A stretch of DNA of 64,000 nucleotides from contig CAVFRF010000063.1 in the NCBI GenBank assembly GCA_963624975.1, forward strand, positions 2,882 through 66,881, in the 5' to 3' direction. Shown piece after piece: positions 55,157 to 64,000 of this stretch. Each line of letters starts with the position of its first letter. Position 1 is the stretch's first letter. This DNA is from Bacteroidaceae bacterium. Lineage in GTDB: Bacteria > Actinomycetota > Coriobacteriia > Coriobacteriales > CADBOM01. Both the position numbers and the translations under genes were made by a program. Under the pieces are notes generated by a model, which saw nothing but the letters and a program-made list of their open reading frames with translations, ran no database searches and was not told where the DNA came from.

Positions 55157-55657
55157 ATGCCGTACAACGTAGACATGAGCATCGACCCCGAGCTTGCCGA
55201 CTTCGCGCGAGAGCGCATCGCCGCCGAGTGCGAGTGGGCCGCGGACGAAGAGGCGCTTTGCAGCCACATCGCGCAGCTGGTCGAGTTCGCGCTCGACCAC
55301 ATGCAGGTAACCGGCGATATCGAGGTGTCGGTGTCGCTCGTGACCACCGACCGCATCCACGAGCTGAACCGTGAGCATCGCGGCATCGATTCTCCCACCG
55401 ACGTGCTGTCGTTCCCATGCGACGACCCTGGCGAGATGCAGGGTCAGCTCTGCGAGCTTGGCGACATCGTGTTCGCGCCCGAGGTGGCGTTCGAGCAATC
55501 GCACGAATACGGCAACACCTACGTGCAGGAAATGGACCTGCTGGTTATCCACAGCGTGTTGCACCTCCTGGGCTACGACCACATCGAAGACGACGATGCC
55601 GAGAAGATGGAAGCCAAGGAGCGCGAGATTCGCACAGCCTGGGAGGCGAACAGGTAA
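55157..55657 (+). CDS. ybeY: rRNA maturation endoribonuclease YbeY
   Basis: HSVLHLLGYDH is the zinc-binding motif (HxxxHxxGxxH). Confidence 0.9.
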   Translation: MPYNVDMSIDPELADFARERIAAECEWAADEEALCSHIAQLVEFALDHMQVTGDIEVSVSLVTTDRIHELNREHRGIDSPTDVLSFPCDDPGEMQGQLCELGDIVFAPEVAFEQSHEYGNTYVQEMDLLVIHSVLHLLGYDHIEDDDAEKMEAKEREIRTAWEANR

Positions 55658-56121
55658 TGCAAGGGCTAAGCGAAATGCCGGCAAAAGAGCGGGCAGCCCA
55701 GCAGTCCGAAGCCCGGCCGGCGGCCGAGGCCTCAGCCCAGGCCGAACCCAAGACGACGGAGGACATCCCCCGCAGCGTCACGCATTCGTTCGGCTACGCG
55801 CTCCATGGCATCGCCCACTCTGCGGCCACCGAACGCAACCTCAAGATCCACATCGTGGCGGCGGTGCTGGCGCTCGTCGCATGCGCGGTGCTGCGCTGCA
55901 CTCCCTCCGAATGGGCCATCGTGATCGTGATGGTGGCCCTCGTGATTTCGGCCGAGCTTTTCAACACCGCCATCGAGGCCGTCGTCGACCTTGCATCCTA
56001 CCAGCTCCACCCGCTTGCCAAGAAGGCCAAGGACTGCGCGGCCGGAGCCGTGCTGGTTCTGGCGATGGCTGCCGTGGTCGTGGGACTTATCGTCTACATC
56101 GGGGCGTGGATGAGGCTGTAG
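55657..56121 (+). CDS. dgkA: Diacylglycerol/undecaprenol kinase (DgkA family)
   Basis: SAELFNTAIEAVVD...AKKAKDCAAGAVL is the DAGK_prokar signature. 3 TM helices. ATG overlaps the ybeY stop (TAATG). Confidence 0.8.
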   Translation: MQGLSEMPAKERAAQQSEARPAAEASAQAEPKTTEDIPRSVTHSFGYALHGIAHSAATERNLKIHIVAAVLALVACAVLRCTPSEWAIVIVMVALVISAELFNTAIEAVVDLASYQLHPLAKKAKDCAAGAVLVLAMAAVVVGLIVYIGAWMRL

Positions 56122-56189
56122 CACCAAGGTTCGACCGCCAACGTGCAACGCGCCTCGCAAGGCGCCAAATCTGCAATTCAGGAGAAAAG

Positions 56190-57182
56190 ATGACTTCCAG
56201 GCAAGACGATTCCAACAACATCGACGGCGAGGCGGGATCCGCCGCGCTCGAACCCGACTCCGCGTCCGGCACCTCCGACTCCGCCGTTTTCCGCAGCGGC
56301 TTCGTGGCTCTGGCCGGTCGCCCCAACGCGGGCAAGTCCACGCTGCTCAACGCCGTGATGGGCGAGAAGTTCGCCATCACCTCCAACGTTCCGCAAACCA
56401 CGAGGCACAGGCTCCGCGCGATCTACGATGCCGACGACGTGCAGATGATCCTGGTCGACACCCCGGGCATCCACAAGCCGCACGACTCGCTTGGCGAAGA
56501 GCTCAACTACTCCGCCATCCAGGGCATCACCGACGTGGACGTGGTGGCTTTCCTGCTCGATGCCAGCAAGCCCGTGGGCAAGGGCGACATCTTCGTACTC
56601 AAGCAGCTTGCGCAGGCCAAGGGAGCCGCCAAGGTGCTGGTTGTAAACAAAGCCGACCTCGTGTCGCAGGAAGAATGCGAGCTGCAGGTCGTGCGGGCGA
56701 GCCGCCATCTCAAGTTCGACGACGTGGTGGTGTGCTCGGCGCTCAAGGGTTTCAACGTGGACGGATTCGTGCAGACGGTCAAGCAGATGCTGCCCGAAGG
56801 CCCGCGCTGGTTTCCCGAGGGCATGGAGACCGACCAGCCCATCGAGGTCATCGTGGCGGAGTTCGTGCGCGAGAAGATCCTGCGCAGCTCCTACGACGAG
56901 GTGCCGCATGCAGTGGGCGTGATGGTCGACGAGATGAGCTACCACGAGAAGAGCGACCTGTACCGCATCTTCGCCACTGTGTACGTGGAGCGAGAGTCGC
57001 AGAAGGGCATCATCATCGGCAACAAGGGCGCCAACATCAAGAAAGTGGGAACCGCCGCCCGCAAGGACCTCGAGCATTTCCTGGGGTCCAAGTGCTTCCT
57101 CGACCTCAACGTCAAGGTCAAGCGCAACTGGCGCCGCGATGCCGCCCAGATCCGCCGCTTCGGCTACGGGGAGGGTCTGTAG
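56190..57182 (+). CDS. era: GTPase Era
   Basis: GRPNAGKSTL, DTPG and NKAD G-motifs plus a C-terminal KH domain (IIIGNKGANIKKVG). Confidence 0.9.
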   Translation: MTSRQDDSNNIDGEAGSAALEPDSASGTSDSAVFRSGFVALAGRPNAGKSTLLNAVMGEKFAITSNVPQTTRHRLRAIYDADDVQMILVDTPGIHKPHDSLGEELNYSAIQGITDVDVVAFLLDASKPVGKGDIFVLKQLAQAKGAAKVLVVNKADLVSQEECELQVVRASRHLKFDDVVVCSALKGFNVDGFVQTVKQMLPEGPRWFPEGMETDQPIEVIVAEFVREKILRSSYDEVPHAVGVMVDEMSYHEKSDLYRIFATVYVERESQKGIIIGNKGANIKKVGTAARKDLEHFLGSKCFLDLNVKVKRNWRRDAAQIRRFGYGEGL

Positions 57183-57183
57183 C

Positions 57184-58011
57184 GTGCCCTCCTACAAGGC
57201 CAGGGCGGTGGTCCTCAAAAAGACCAAGCTCAAGGAGAAGGACCTCATCCTCACCATGCTGTCCGACACGGGCGAGCAGATTCGCGCCGTGGCCAAGGGC
57301 GCGCAGAAGCCCGGCGGGTCGTTCGCGGCGCGGCTCGAGGTGTTCTCGGTGGTCGACCTCATGCTCTACACGGGCAAGAGCCTCGACACCATCACCGACG
57401 CGCGCACGGTCGAGACCAACGAGGCATGCAGGTCCGACATCACCCGCCTGTCGTACGGGGCGGTCATGGCGGAGCTGGTGGAGAAGACCGCGCTGGAAGG
57501 GCAGGAGATGCCTGTCGCGTTTCCGCTCACGTGCACCGCGCTGGGGTCGCTGGGCAGGGTCGGCGAGGAGACGCTGCCGTTCGTTGCATCGGCGTTTCTC
57601 ATCAAGCTGTTGGCCTACCAGGGCTTCAAGCCCTCGTTCGACGACTGCACGCATTGCGGACGCGTCCGCGCTGACGATTCGGCGGGTTCCGGCATCTTCT
57701 CCATATCTGCCGGTGGATGGGTGTGCGGAGAGTGCGCGCAGGCATCGGGCCTGGCACCCGACGAGATGCTATCCGACCAGGTGGTGAGCTGGGCGAGGTC
57801 GCTCATGTCGATGCGCTTCTCGCAGATAGAGGAGCTGTTCGTCCAAGGCGCTGTCGAAGGCGAAGCCGCCATCGACGGCGGGCCGGCAGGTACGACTGCG
57901 GCACTCGGAGCGCTTGGCGGAGGCCTGCTATCGTTTTGCGAGCGATGGATCGGGGTTCACCTGGGCCTTCGGATGAAGACGATGTCCTACCTCTCGAGGC
58001 TGCATATCTAG
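57184..58011 (+). CDS. recO: DNA repair protein RecO
   Basis: An OB-fold N-terminus ([23 protein letters not shown]) and a Zn-binding CxxC...CxxC (CTHCG...CGEC). GTG start 1 nt after the era stop. Confidence 0.85.
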   Translation: MPSYKARAVVLKKTKLKEKDLILTMLSDTGEQIRAVAKGAQKPGGSFAARLEVFSVVDLMLYTGKSLDTITDARTVETNEACRSDITRLSYGAVMAELVEKTALEGQEMPVAFPLTCTALGSLGRVGEETLPFVASAFLIKLLAYQGFKPSFDDCTHCGRVRADDSAGSGIFSISAGGWVCGECAQASGLAPDEMLSDQVVSWARSLMSMRFSQIEELFVQGAVEGEAAIDGGPAGTTAALGALGGGLLSFCERWIGVHLGLRMKTMSYLSRLHI

Positions 58012-58619
58012 CAGGTGCGCTTCTTCGCACGCTTCGCGATGTACTCGATCAGCTCCGACTGGATGCGATGGAACTCCAGCGCCACCTTGTCCTGCGGGCA
58101 ATGGTTGTACACCAGCGAGCTGAGAATCTGCAGGGCCATGTCGGGGTCCACCACGTCCAGGTCCTCTATCTGCACGTGGTCGTCGCAAATCACGCAGAAT
58201 GCATATCTCGTGGTGGCATCGTCGGCGCTGCGCATCGCAGGTGCACTGCGTTGCGGCCCTGTAGAGCCCTCTGCCACTCCGGTGGGCGATCCAGCACCGC
58301 TACCGGCTCCAGCATCCGCTTCCATCTCGCCGGTGTCGAGCAGCGCGTGCTCGACCATCTCCTGGGCTTCGCTCCACGAGAACTTGCGTGGTTTGGCAGG
58401 GATGTCCTCCGGCTTCTCGGCAAACAGCACGATCGGGCTTACTCCCAGGGCATCGGCTATGCGCTGGGCGTTGTTGATGGTCACGTTGGCCCTGCCCTGC
58501 TCGATGCCGCCTATATATGTGCGGTGCATGCCGCATTTCTCGGCGAAGCTCTCTTGCGAGTAGCCCGCCTCCTTGCGGAGCTTGCGGACGTTTGCAGCAA
58601 GCGCGTCTTGGATGCTCAT
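58008..58619 (-). CDS. XRE-family HTH transcriptional regulator with an uncharacterised C-terminal domain
   Basis: [50 protein letters not shown] is an HTH_3 domain. The remaining ~130 aa are not recognised. Confidence 0.8.
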   Translation of the reverse strand: MSIQDALAANVRKLRKEAGYSQESFAEKCGMHRTYIGGIEQGRANVTINNAQRIADALGVSPIVLFAEKPEDIPAKPRKFSWSEAQEMVEHALLDTGEMEADAGAGSGAGSPTGVAEGSTGPQRSAPAMRSADDATTRYAFCVICDDHVQIEDLDVVDPDMALQILSSLVYNHCPQDKVALEFHRIQSELIEYIAKRAKKRTC

Positions 58620-58634
58620 CGATATCCCTTCACT

Positions 58635-58656
58635 AGGTTTATATCGATGTAAACCA
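58635..58656 (-). promoter_or_regulatory. 22-bp near-perfect palindrome AGGTTTATATCGATGTAAACCA, candidate autoregulatory operator
   Basis: 18 of 22 positions are self-complementary (GGTTTA...TAAACC arms around an ATCGAT centre). Sits 16 nt upstream of the XRE start, just upstream of RBS GAAGGGA. Confidence 0.4.
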
Positions 58657-58756
58657 AAGGCGAGAATCGCTTCTACAGAATATAGATAGCAAAATCAATG
58701 GAATAAAAACGCAATGAAGAATATAAGTAGCAACTTGGAGAAAGCGCGCGGATTCG

Positions 58757-59794
58757 CTAGATTTTCTCCATCTCGGCGGCGACCTTGTAGTACCAGTCTA
58801 CCGGGGTCTCGTAGTTGTACTTGTAGGCCGCGCCCATCGTGAGCGTGGATCCGTAGAGCCTGGCCAGCCCGTTCACGTGCTTGGGAATCGACTCCTCCCA
58901 AGAGCTCCAGTCCACATGTCCCCATCCCCAGGCGTTGTACGACCTGAAGCAGTGGGCGCCCTTCGAACTCTCTACCGTGGAGATGGCGGGCGACCACCTC
59001 GGGTCCACGCCGTTCTCCCATGCAGCGCTGGCGAAGAGGTAGCCGTATCCCGCGAGGGGCGAACCCTCCAGGTATGCGTCGATGCGAGGCGCCCACTCGT
59101 CCACGAAGGCCTGCTCCTCGCTGTCGAAGTCCACCTCGTCGGTGTTCATCGAGGCGCCGCTGTACGAAGCGGTGCTGGCCGCCAGGGTTGCCTCCCTTGC
59201 GGCCGCGGCTTCCTGCGCGGCCTGGGCCGCGGCAGCTTCCTGCGCGGCCTTCTCGATCGCCACGTCGCGCGCATCTCGAGCTTCCTCGAGCGCTGCCTGC
59301 GCCTCGGCCTTCGACTGGTCGGCAGCCGCCTTGTCGCTTTGCAGCTGCTCCTGCGTTTGCTGCAGCTCCACGTGCCTTGCGGTCTGCTCGTCGATTACCG
59401 ACATGATGTTGTTCTCATACCTGTTGAGGTACTCGATGATCCCGAAGAAGCTGCTCACGTCCTCCGTTGAGAACACCAGGTCTATGAGCGAGGAGGTGGA
59501 GCGCTGGTACCTGTACATGGAGCACACGGCGGAATTGCTCTCCGAGCGCTTGGACTCGATCTGGGTCTGGAGAGTCTGGACCTTCTGCTCGTTCTCGGCT
59601 ATGCGCTGGTCGATTTCGTTTGCCTTCGCGGCGATTTCCTCGTACTTGGCTGCTGCCTGGTCCATCTTGTCGATGGCGGCCTGAACCTCGTCGGAATCAG
59701 CGTATGCAACGGGCGTAGACGCAAGCAGGCACGCTGCCGCGAGCACGAAGCTCAGCAACGTCGCCGTGAGAGTTTTGCATCTAGCGCCTACCAT
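58757..59794 (-). CDS. Secreted coiled-coil protein with a C-terminal putative peptidoglycan-hydrolase domain (PcsB-like architecture)
   Basis: Signal peptide LLASTPVAYA-DSD, then a long Q/E/A-rich coiled coil. The C-terminal ~120 aa (AAWENGVDPRWSPAISTVESSKG...NAWGWG) is reminiscent of lysozyme-like/glucosaminidase domains. The domain assignment is tentative. Confidence 0.6.
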   Translation of the reverse strand: MVGARCKTLTATLLSFVLAAACLLASTPVAYADSDEVQAAIDKMDQAAAKYEEIAAKANEIDQRIAENEQKVQTLQTQIESKRSESNSAVCSMYRYQRSTSSLIDLVFSTEDVSSFFGIIEYLNRYENNIMSVIDEQTARHVELQQTQEQLQSDKAAADQSKAEAQAALEEARDARDVAIEKAAQEAAAAQAAQEAAAAREATLAASTASYSGASMNTDEVDFDSEEQAFVDEWAPRIDAYLEGSPLAGYGYLFASAAWENGVDPRWSPAISTVESSKGAHCFRSYNAWGWGHVDWSSWEESIPKHVNGLARLYGSTLTMGAAYKYNYETPVDWYYKVAAEMEKI

Positions 59795-59975
59795 ATATAC
59801 CCAATCCGTGCGGCCAATCCGACATGCGCCAGCTCGAACTCCAAGCCCGCAGGTAGGGAGCGTGCGCGAGCGCAATAGGGGTTGAATTATAATTCGAGTT
59901 GCCAAAAATGCGAAACCAAGATTATCGGTGATTGCAAAACCCCTGCTAGATAGCGCAAAAAGATTTGGAGATTAT

Positions 59976-60875
59976 ATGGAGAGCATCGATATGCAGGCAA
60001 ATGGCCGGGCGGGCGAGGAACAGGACACGCCTCGAAACGCGCCCAAAGACGAACTGTCCGTCTTCATCATCTCCGACTCTGTGGGCGACACCGCCTCGGC
60101 TCTCGTGCACGCCGCGATGAGCCAGTTCTCGGGCACGGCGGTAGATATAGAGCGTCTTCCCAAGGTCTCGACCGTAGAGCAGGTGAGAGATTTCGTGGGA
60201 GCGCGCATCGACGAGTGCGCGGGCAAGGTGGCGGTGATCACCATAGCCGACCCCCGGCTCGCCCGCGATGCCTACGCCTGCATCACGCAGCTCGGCATCG
60301 CCTGCGTCGACCTGCTGGGTCCCACCGTGTCGGCTATCGCCAAGGCCACGGGCAAGAACCCGTCGCTCAGAGCGGGCATCAACCGCGAGCTGGACGAGTC
60401 CTACTTCAAGAGGATCGAGGCCATGGACTACTCCGTCGACCACGACGACGGCCGTCTTCCCGAAGAGTACAAAGACGCCGACATCATCCTCATGGGCGTG
60501 TCGCGCACGTCGAAGACCCCGTTGTCGATGTACCTGGCCACGTCGGGCTACAAGGTCGCCAACCTTCCCCTGGCGCCGGGCATGACCCCGCCCAAGCAGA
60601 TCTTCGAGGTCGACAGGTGGAGGGTGTTCGGCCTCATGTCCAGCCCCGAGGTGCTGTCCGACATCAGGCAGAGGCGCCTGGGCCCCGACGGCATGCGCGT
60701 GGCCAAGAGCTACGCCAGCGTCGACTACATAGAGCGCGACCTAGAGGAGGCCCGTGCGCTCATGCGCAAGGTGGGCTGCATAGTCATACGCACCGACAAC
60801 AGGGCCATCGAGGAAACCGCGCAGGAGATACTGCGCTACTACGAGATGGCGCTGCACGCGCACAGCGGCAGGTAG
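59976..60875 (+). CDS. Pyruvate,phosphate dikinase regulatory protein (bifunctional kinase/pyrophosphorylase, DUF299)
   Basis: VFIISDSVGDTA...ILMGVSRTSKTPLSMYLA is the P-loop of the PDRP/PSRP family. Lies directly upstream of ppdK. Confidence 0.85.
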   Translation: MESIDMQANGRAGEEQDTPRNAPKDELSVFIISDSVGDTASALVHAAMSQFSGTAVDIERLPKVSTVEQVRDFVGARIDECAGKVAVITIADPRLARDAYACITQLGIACVDLLGPTVSAIAKATGKNPSLRAGINRELDESYFKRIEAMDYSVDHDDGRLPEEYKDADIILMGVSRTSKTPLSMYLATSGYKVANLPLAPGMTPPKQIFEVDRWRVFGLMSSPEVLSDIRQRRLGPDGMRVAKSYASVDYIERDLEEARALMRKVGCIVIRTDNRAIEETAQEILRYYEMALHAHSGR

Positions 60876-61154
60876 CACCGGGCGGGCGGCTGCAAGTGCC
60901 GCTCGCGGCAGCTCATCTGCATTTCGGCCACCCGCAAATGTGGTGTTTTGATGGAGTATCGCGTCTAGAAGGCGCTTCGAAGCCCCTCACAGTCCGCCCA
61001 GGCGTGCAGCTTGCAGCACTCGTGTTCGAGTTATGCGCGCCTTTGGTTTATCATCGAGAGGTCGAATTAGCCTCTTCAGACATTCGACGTCAGGCAATCA
61101 CGCGACTCGAGAGAGTCTTCGCACTGGTATCGTCTAGAGCAAAGGAGACATAAG

Positions 61155-63893
61155 TTGTCCGAGACAAATCAGCGTGTGTTCGCTTTCGGTAAGGATGCCG
61201 AAGGCAACAATGTTACCGAGGGAAACAAGGATATGAAGCACATCCTCGGTGGCAAGGGAGCCAACCTGGCCGAGATGGCCCAGATCGGACTTCCCGTTCC
61301 TCCCGGTTTCACCATTTCCTGCCAGACCTGCATGGATTACTACAAGGGTGGCAACGAATTCCCCGAGGGAGTCTGGGATAAGGTGGAGGAGTACCGTCAC
61401 GACCTCGAGGCTCGCATGGGCAAGAAGCTCGGCGACAACGAGGACCCGCTGCTGGTATCGGTTCGCTCCGGCGCGCCCTTCTCGATGCCGGGCATGATGG
61501 ACACCGTGCTGAACCTCGGCCTCAACGATCAGTCGATCAACGGCCTCATCAAGCAGACAGACAACCCCCGCTTCGCATGGGACTCCTACCGTCGCTTCGT
61601 GCAGATGTTCTCCAACGTGGTGATGGGCGTCGACGGCGACCTCTTCGAGAATGCCATCAACGCGGTCAAGATCGCCCGCGGAGTCAAGGGCGACAACGAG
61701 CTTTCCGCCGACGACCTCAAGGAGCTGGTCGGCGAGTTCAAGAAGATCTTCTCCGAGAACGTCTCGGCCGAAGAGCATCCCGACCTCGTGGTCGACGGCA
61801 AGGTCGAGTTCCCGCAGGATCCCGACCTGCAGCTCAACCTTGCGGTCCGCGCCGTGTTCGGCAGCTGGATGAACGACCGCGCCTGCCTCTACAGGCAGCA
61901 GAACAAGATTCCGGACGACCTCGGCACCGCCGTTAACGTGCAGACGATGGTGTTCGGCAACAAGGGCGACACATCGGCCACGGGCGTGGCCTTCACCCGC
62001 AACCCCGCCAACGGAGCCAACGAGTTCTACGGCGACTACCTGGTCAACGCACAGGGCGAGGACGTCGTGGCGGGCATCCGCAACACCTCCCCGATCGCCG
62101 AGCTCAAGAACGTCGACGGCCTGCAGGAGGCCGGCCGCGAGCTTGAGCAGGTGTTCGAGATCCTCGAGAAGCACTACCGCGACATGTGCGACATCGAGTT
62201 CACCATCGAGCAGGGCAAGCTCTGGATGCTGCAGACCCGCGTGGGCAAGCGCACCGCAGCCGCTGCCATCAAGATCGCGATCGCGATGGTCGAAGAGGGC
62301 CTCATCACCCGCGAGGAGGCCGTGCTGCGCATCGACCCCGAGCAGCTCGACCAGCTGCTTCACCCGCAGTTCGACCGCAACGCCAAGTACGACGTTCTGG
62401 CTACCGGCCTCAACGCCAGCCCGGGCGCTGCAGTGGGAGGCGCCGTGTTCTCCGCCGAGGACGCGGTCGCATATGCCGAGCAGGGCAAGAAGACGGTGCT
62501 GGTGCGCTGGGAGACCACTCCCGACGACCTCGCCGGCATGGTGGCGGCCGAGGGCATCCTCACCAGCCACGGCGGCAAGACCTCGCATGCAGCGGTTATC
62601 GCACGCGGCATGGGCGCTCCCTGCGTCTGCGGCGTCGACGTGCTCAAGATCGATGCCGAGAAAAAGCAGGCCGAGGTGCTCGGCACCGACATCGTGATCA
62701 AAGAGGGCGACATGATCTCCATCGACGGCACCACCGGCGTGGTCGTGCTGGGAGCCGTCGACCTCGTGGCAGCCGAGCTTTCCGAGGACCTCGACAAGAT
62801 CCTCGAGTGGGCCGACGAGTTCCGCAAGCTTGGCGTGCGCGCCAATGCCGACAACCCGGCCGATGCCAAGCTCTCCCGCGACTTCGGCGCCGGCGGAATC
62901 GGCCTGTGCCGCACCGAGCACATGTTCCTGGGCGAGCGCAAGTCGATCATCCAGTCGTTCATCCTCACCGACGACCCGGCGGTCAAGGAGAAGGCGCTTT
63001 CCGACCTTCTGGCCGCTCAGACCGAGGACTTCCTCGGAATGTTCGAGGCCATGGACGGCCTGCCCGTGATCGTGCGTCTGCTCGACCCGCCGCTGCACGA
63101 GTTCCTCGACGATCCCCGCAGCCTCGAGGTCGAGATCACCAAGATGGAGTGCACGGGCGCCAACAAGGACGAGATCGATTCCAAGCGCAAGCTGCTCGAG
63201 CGCATCGACACCATGACCGAGGCCAACCCGATGCTGGGCCTGCGCGGCTGCCGTCTGGCCATCGTGTACCCCGAGCTTCCCAGGATGCAGACCAGGGCAA
63301 TCGCCACGGCCATGGCCGAGCTGGTCAAGAAGGGCCTGCATCCCGAGCCCGAGATCATGATCCCGCTGGTGTCGCTCTCCGCCGAGCTCGAGCTTCTGCG
63401 CGGTGAGGTGCAGGAAGTCATCGCCGAGGTCGAGGCCGAGTACGGCGTCAAGCTCGAGATTCCGATCGGCACCATGATCGAGCTTCCGCGCGCTGCCGTT
63501 ACCGCCGACGAAATCGGCAAGTACGCCGACTTCTTCAGCTTCGGCACCAACGACCTCACGCAGACCACCTTCGGTTTCTCGCGCGACGACGTGGAGGCCA
63601 AGTTCATCCCGCGCTACCTCTCCAAGCACATCCTTCCCGTCAACCCCTTCGCCACCCTCGACGACGGCGTGGCCAAGCTCGTGGACATGGGATGCAAGCT
63701 GGGCAAGAGCGCCAACCCCAACATCCAGCTCGGCATCTGCGGCGAGCATGGCGGCGATCCCGACTCGGTCAAGAAGTGCCACAAGATCGGCCTCACCTAC
63801 GTGTCCTGCTCGCCCTACCGCGTGCCGCTGGCAAGGCTGGCAGCCGCCCAGGCAGCGCTGGAGGAGAAGCACAACGCATCCGACAACCGCTAG
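61155..63893 (+). CDS. ppdK: Pyruvate,phosphate dikinase
   Basis: 912 aa. Contains GGKGANLAEM, the phosphohistidine loop GGKTSHAAVIARG and the C-terminal PEP-utilising TIM barrel (GICGEHGGDP). TTG start after AAAGGAGA. Confidence 0.95.
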   Translation: MSETNQRVFAFGKDAEGNNVTEGNKDMKHILGGKGANLAEMAQIGLPVPPGFTISCQTCMDYYKGGNEFPEGVWDKVEEYRHDLEARMGKKLGDNEDPLLVSVRSGAPFSMPGMMDTVLNLGLNDQSINGLIKQTDNPRFAWDSYRRFVQMFSNVVMGVDGDLFENAINAVKIARGVKGDNELSADDLKELVGEFKKIFSENVSAEEHPDLVVDGKVEFPQDPDLQLNLAVRAVFGSWMNDRACLYRQQNKIPDDLGTAVNVQTMVFGNKGDTSATGVAFTRNPANGANEFYGDYLVNAQGEDVVAGIRNTSPIAELKNVDGLQEAGRELEQVFEILEKHYRDMCDIEFTIEQGKLWMLQTRVGKRTAAAAIKIAIAMVEEGLITREEAVLRIDPEQLDQLLHPQFDRNAKYDVLATGLNASPGAAVGGAVFSAEDAVAYAEQGKKTVLVRWETTPDDLAGMVAAEGILTSHGGKTSHAAVIARGMGAPCVCGVDVLKIDAEKKQAEVLGTDIVIKEGDMISIDGTTGVVVLGAVDLVAAELSEDLDKILEWADEFRKLGVRANADNPADAKLSRDFGAGGIGLCRTEHMFLGERKSIIQSFILTDDPAVKEKALSDLLAAQTEDFLGMFEAMDGLPVIVRLLDPPLHEFLDDPRSLEVEITKMECTGANKDEIDSKRKLLERIDTMTEANPMLGLRGCRLAIVYPELPRMQTRAIATAMAELVKKGLHPEPEIMIPLVSLSAELELLRGEVQEVIAEVEAEYGVKLEIPIGTMIELPRAAVTADEIGKYADFFSFGTNDLTQTTFGFSRDDVEAKFIPRYLSKHILPVNPFATLDDGVAKLVDMGCKLGKSANPNIQLGICGEHGGDPDSVKKCHKIGLTYVSCSPYRVPLARLAAAQAALEEKHNASDNR

Positions 63894-64000
63894 GTTGCGC
63901 CCATGCCGCGCGCGGCAGATGCAATCCGCTGCGGGCGACGGCAGCCGCGGGGCAATGCGCTATCATGCCCTGAGGCATCGGTAACTTCATAGGCTTTGAA

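Noticed and set aside
1-64000. Prophage, integrative element, IS or BGC signatures.
   Set aside because: No integrase, transposase, recombinase, terminase, capsid, tRNA attachment site, PKS/NRPS or RiPP precursor-like genes are discernible. The lower-GC islets (about 1500-2200, 12700-14200, 25000-26500, 42450-42830) are small and lack flanking long direct repeats.
63894-64000. Terminator after ppdK (the GCCGCGCGCGGC palindrome).
   Set aside because: It is a loop-less 12-nt self-complementary GC run with no T-tract, and the window ends too soon to judge.

Overview
High-GC bacterial chromosome segment. Gene content and order fit an anaerobic Actinomycetota of the Coriobacteriia type, but that is inference only and no marker RNA is present. 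About 55 protein genes are supportable; I found no rRNA, tRNA, CRISPR array, transposase or integrase. Layout: (1) 49-3255: xthA, an acidic hypothetical protein, a lower-GC islet with a RelB/DinJ antitoxin plus PemK/MazF toxin pair, and a stand-alone J-domain protein. (2) 3380-12501: a cell-envelope glycopolymer cluster with DUF2304, three GT2 genes, a Wzx-like flippase, LicD, a large polytopic membrane protein and an acyltransferase-3. (3) 12700-14196: a lower-GC single-gene islet encoding an AAA+/DUF4143 ATPase-nuclease-like protein, preceded by three phased 33-bp direct repeats over its promoter. (4) 14468-24978: a complete ACC plus type II fatty-acid-synthesis operon (acpP-accBCDA-fabH-fabK-fabD-fabG-fabF-fabZ), ending unexpectedly in a bona fide nikR. 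(5) 25245-28947: two tandem paralogous secreted beta-helix (Pmp-repeat-like) proteins. (6) 29342-34159: a Zn/Cd-type P1B ATPase with a separate HMA protein, an amidase_2 lipoprotein and putP. (7) 34351-37471: a dGTPase-like HD protein operonic with an ALDH-fold protein that has lost every catalytic residue. (8) 37723-45655: a Maf::5-formyl-THF cyclo-ligase fusion, an orphan poly-ferredoxin, citrate synthase, and a non-pyrrolysine MttB-family methyltransferase plus MFS transporter behind an AT-rich leader. (9) 45946-63893: housekeeping genes (lepA, dus, hemW, mtaB, dnaJ, hrcA with CIRCE, phoH-ybeY-dgkA-era-recO, an XRE regulator, a PcsB-like hydrolase, PPDK regulatory protein and ppdK). No self-evident new multi-gene system is present. 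The most unusual loci are the catalytically dead ALDH/dGTPase pair, the orphan MttB/MFS locus, the ATPase-nuclease islet with phased repeats, and the tandem beta-helix proteins. Most long ORFs on the strand opposite a real gene are high-GC shadow ORFs and are not reported.
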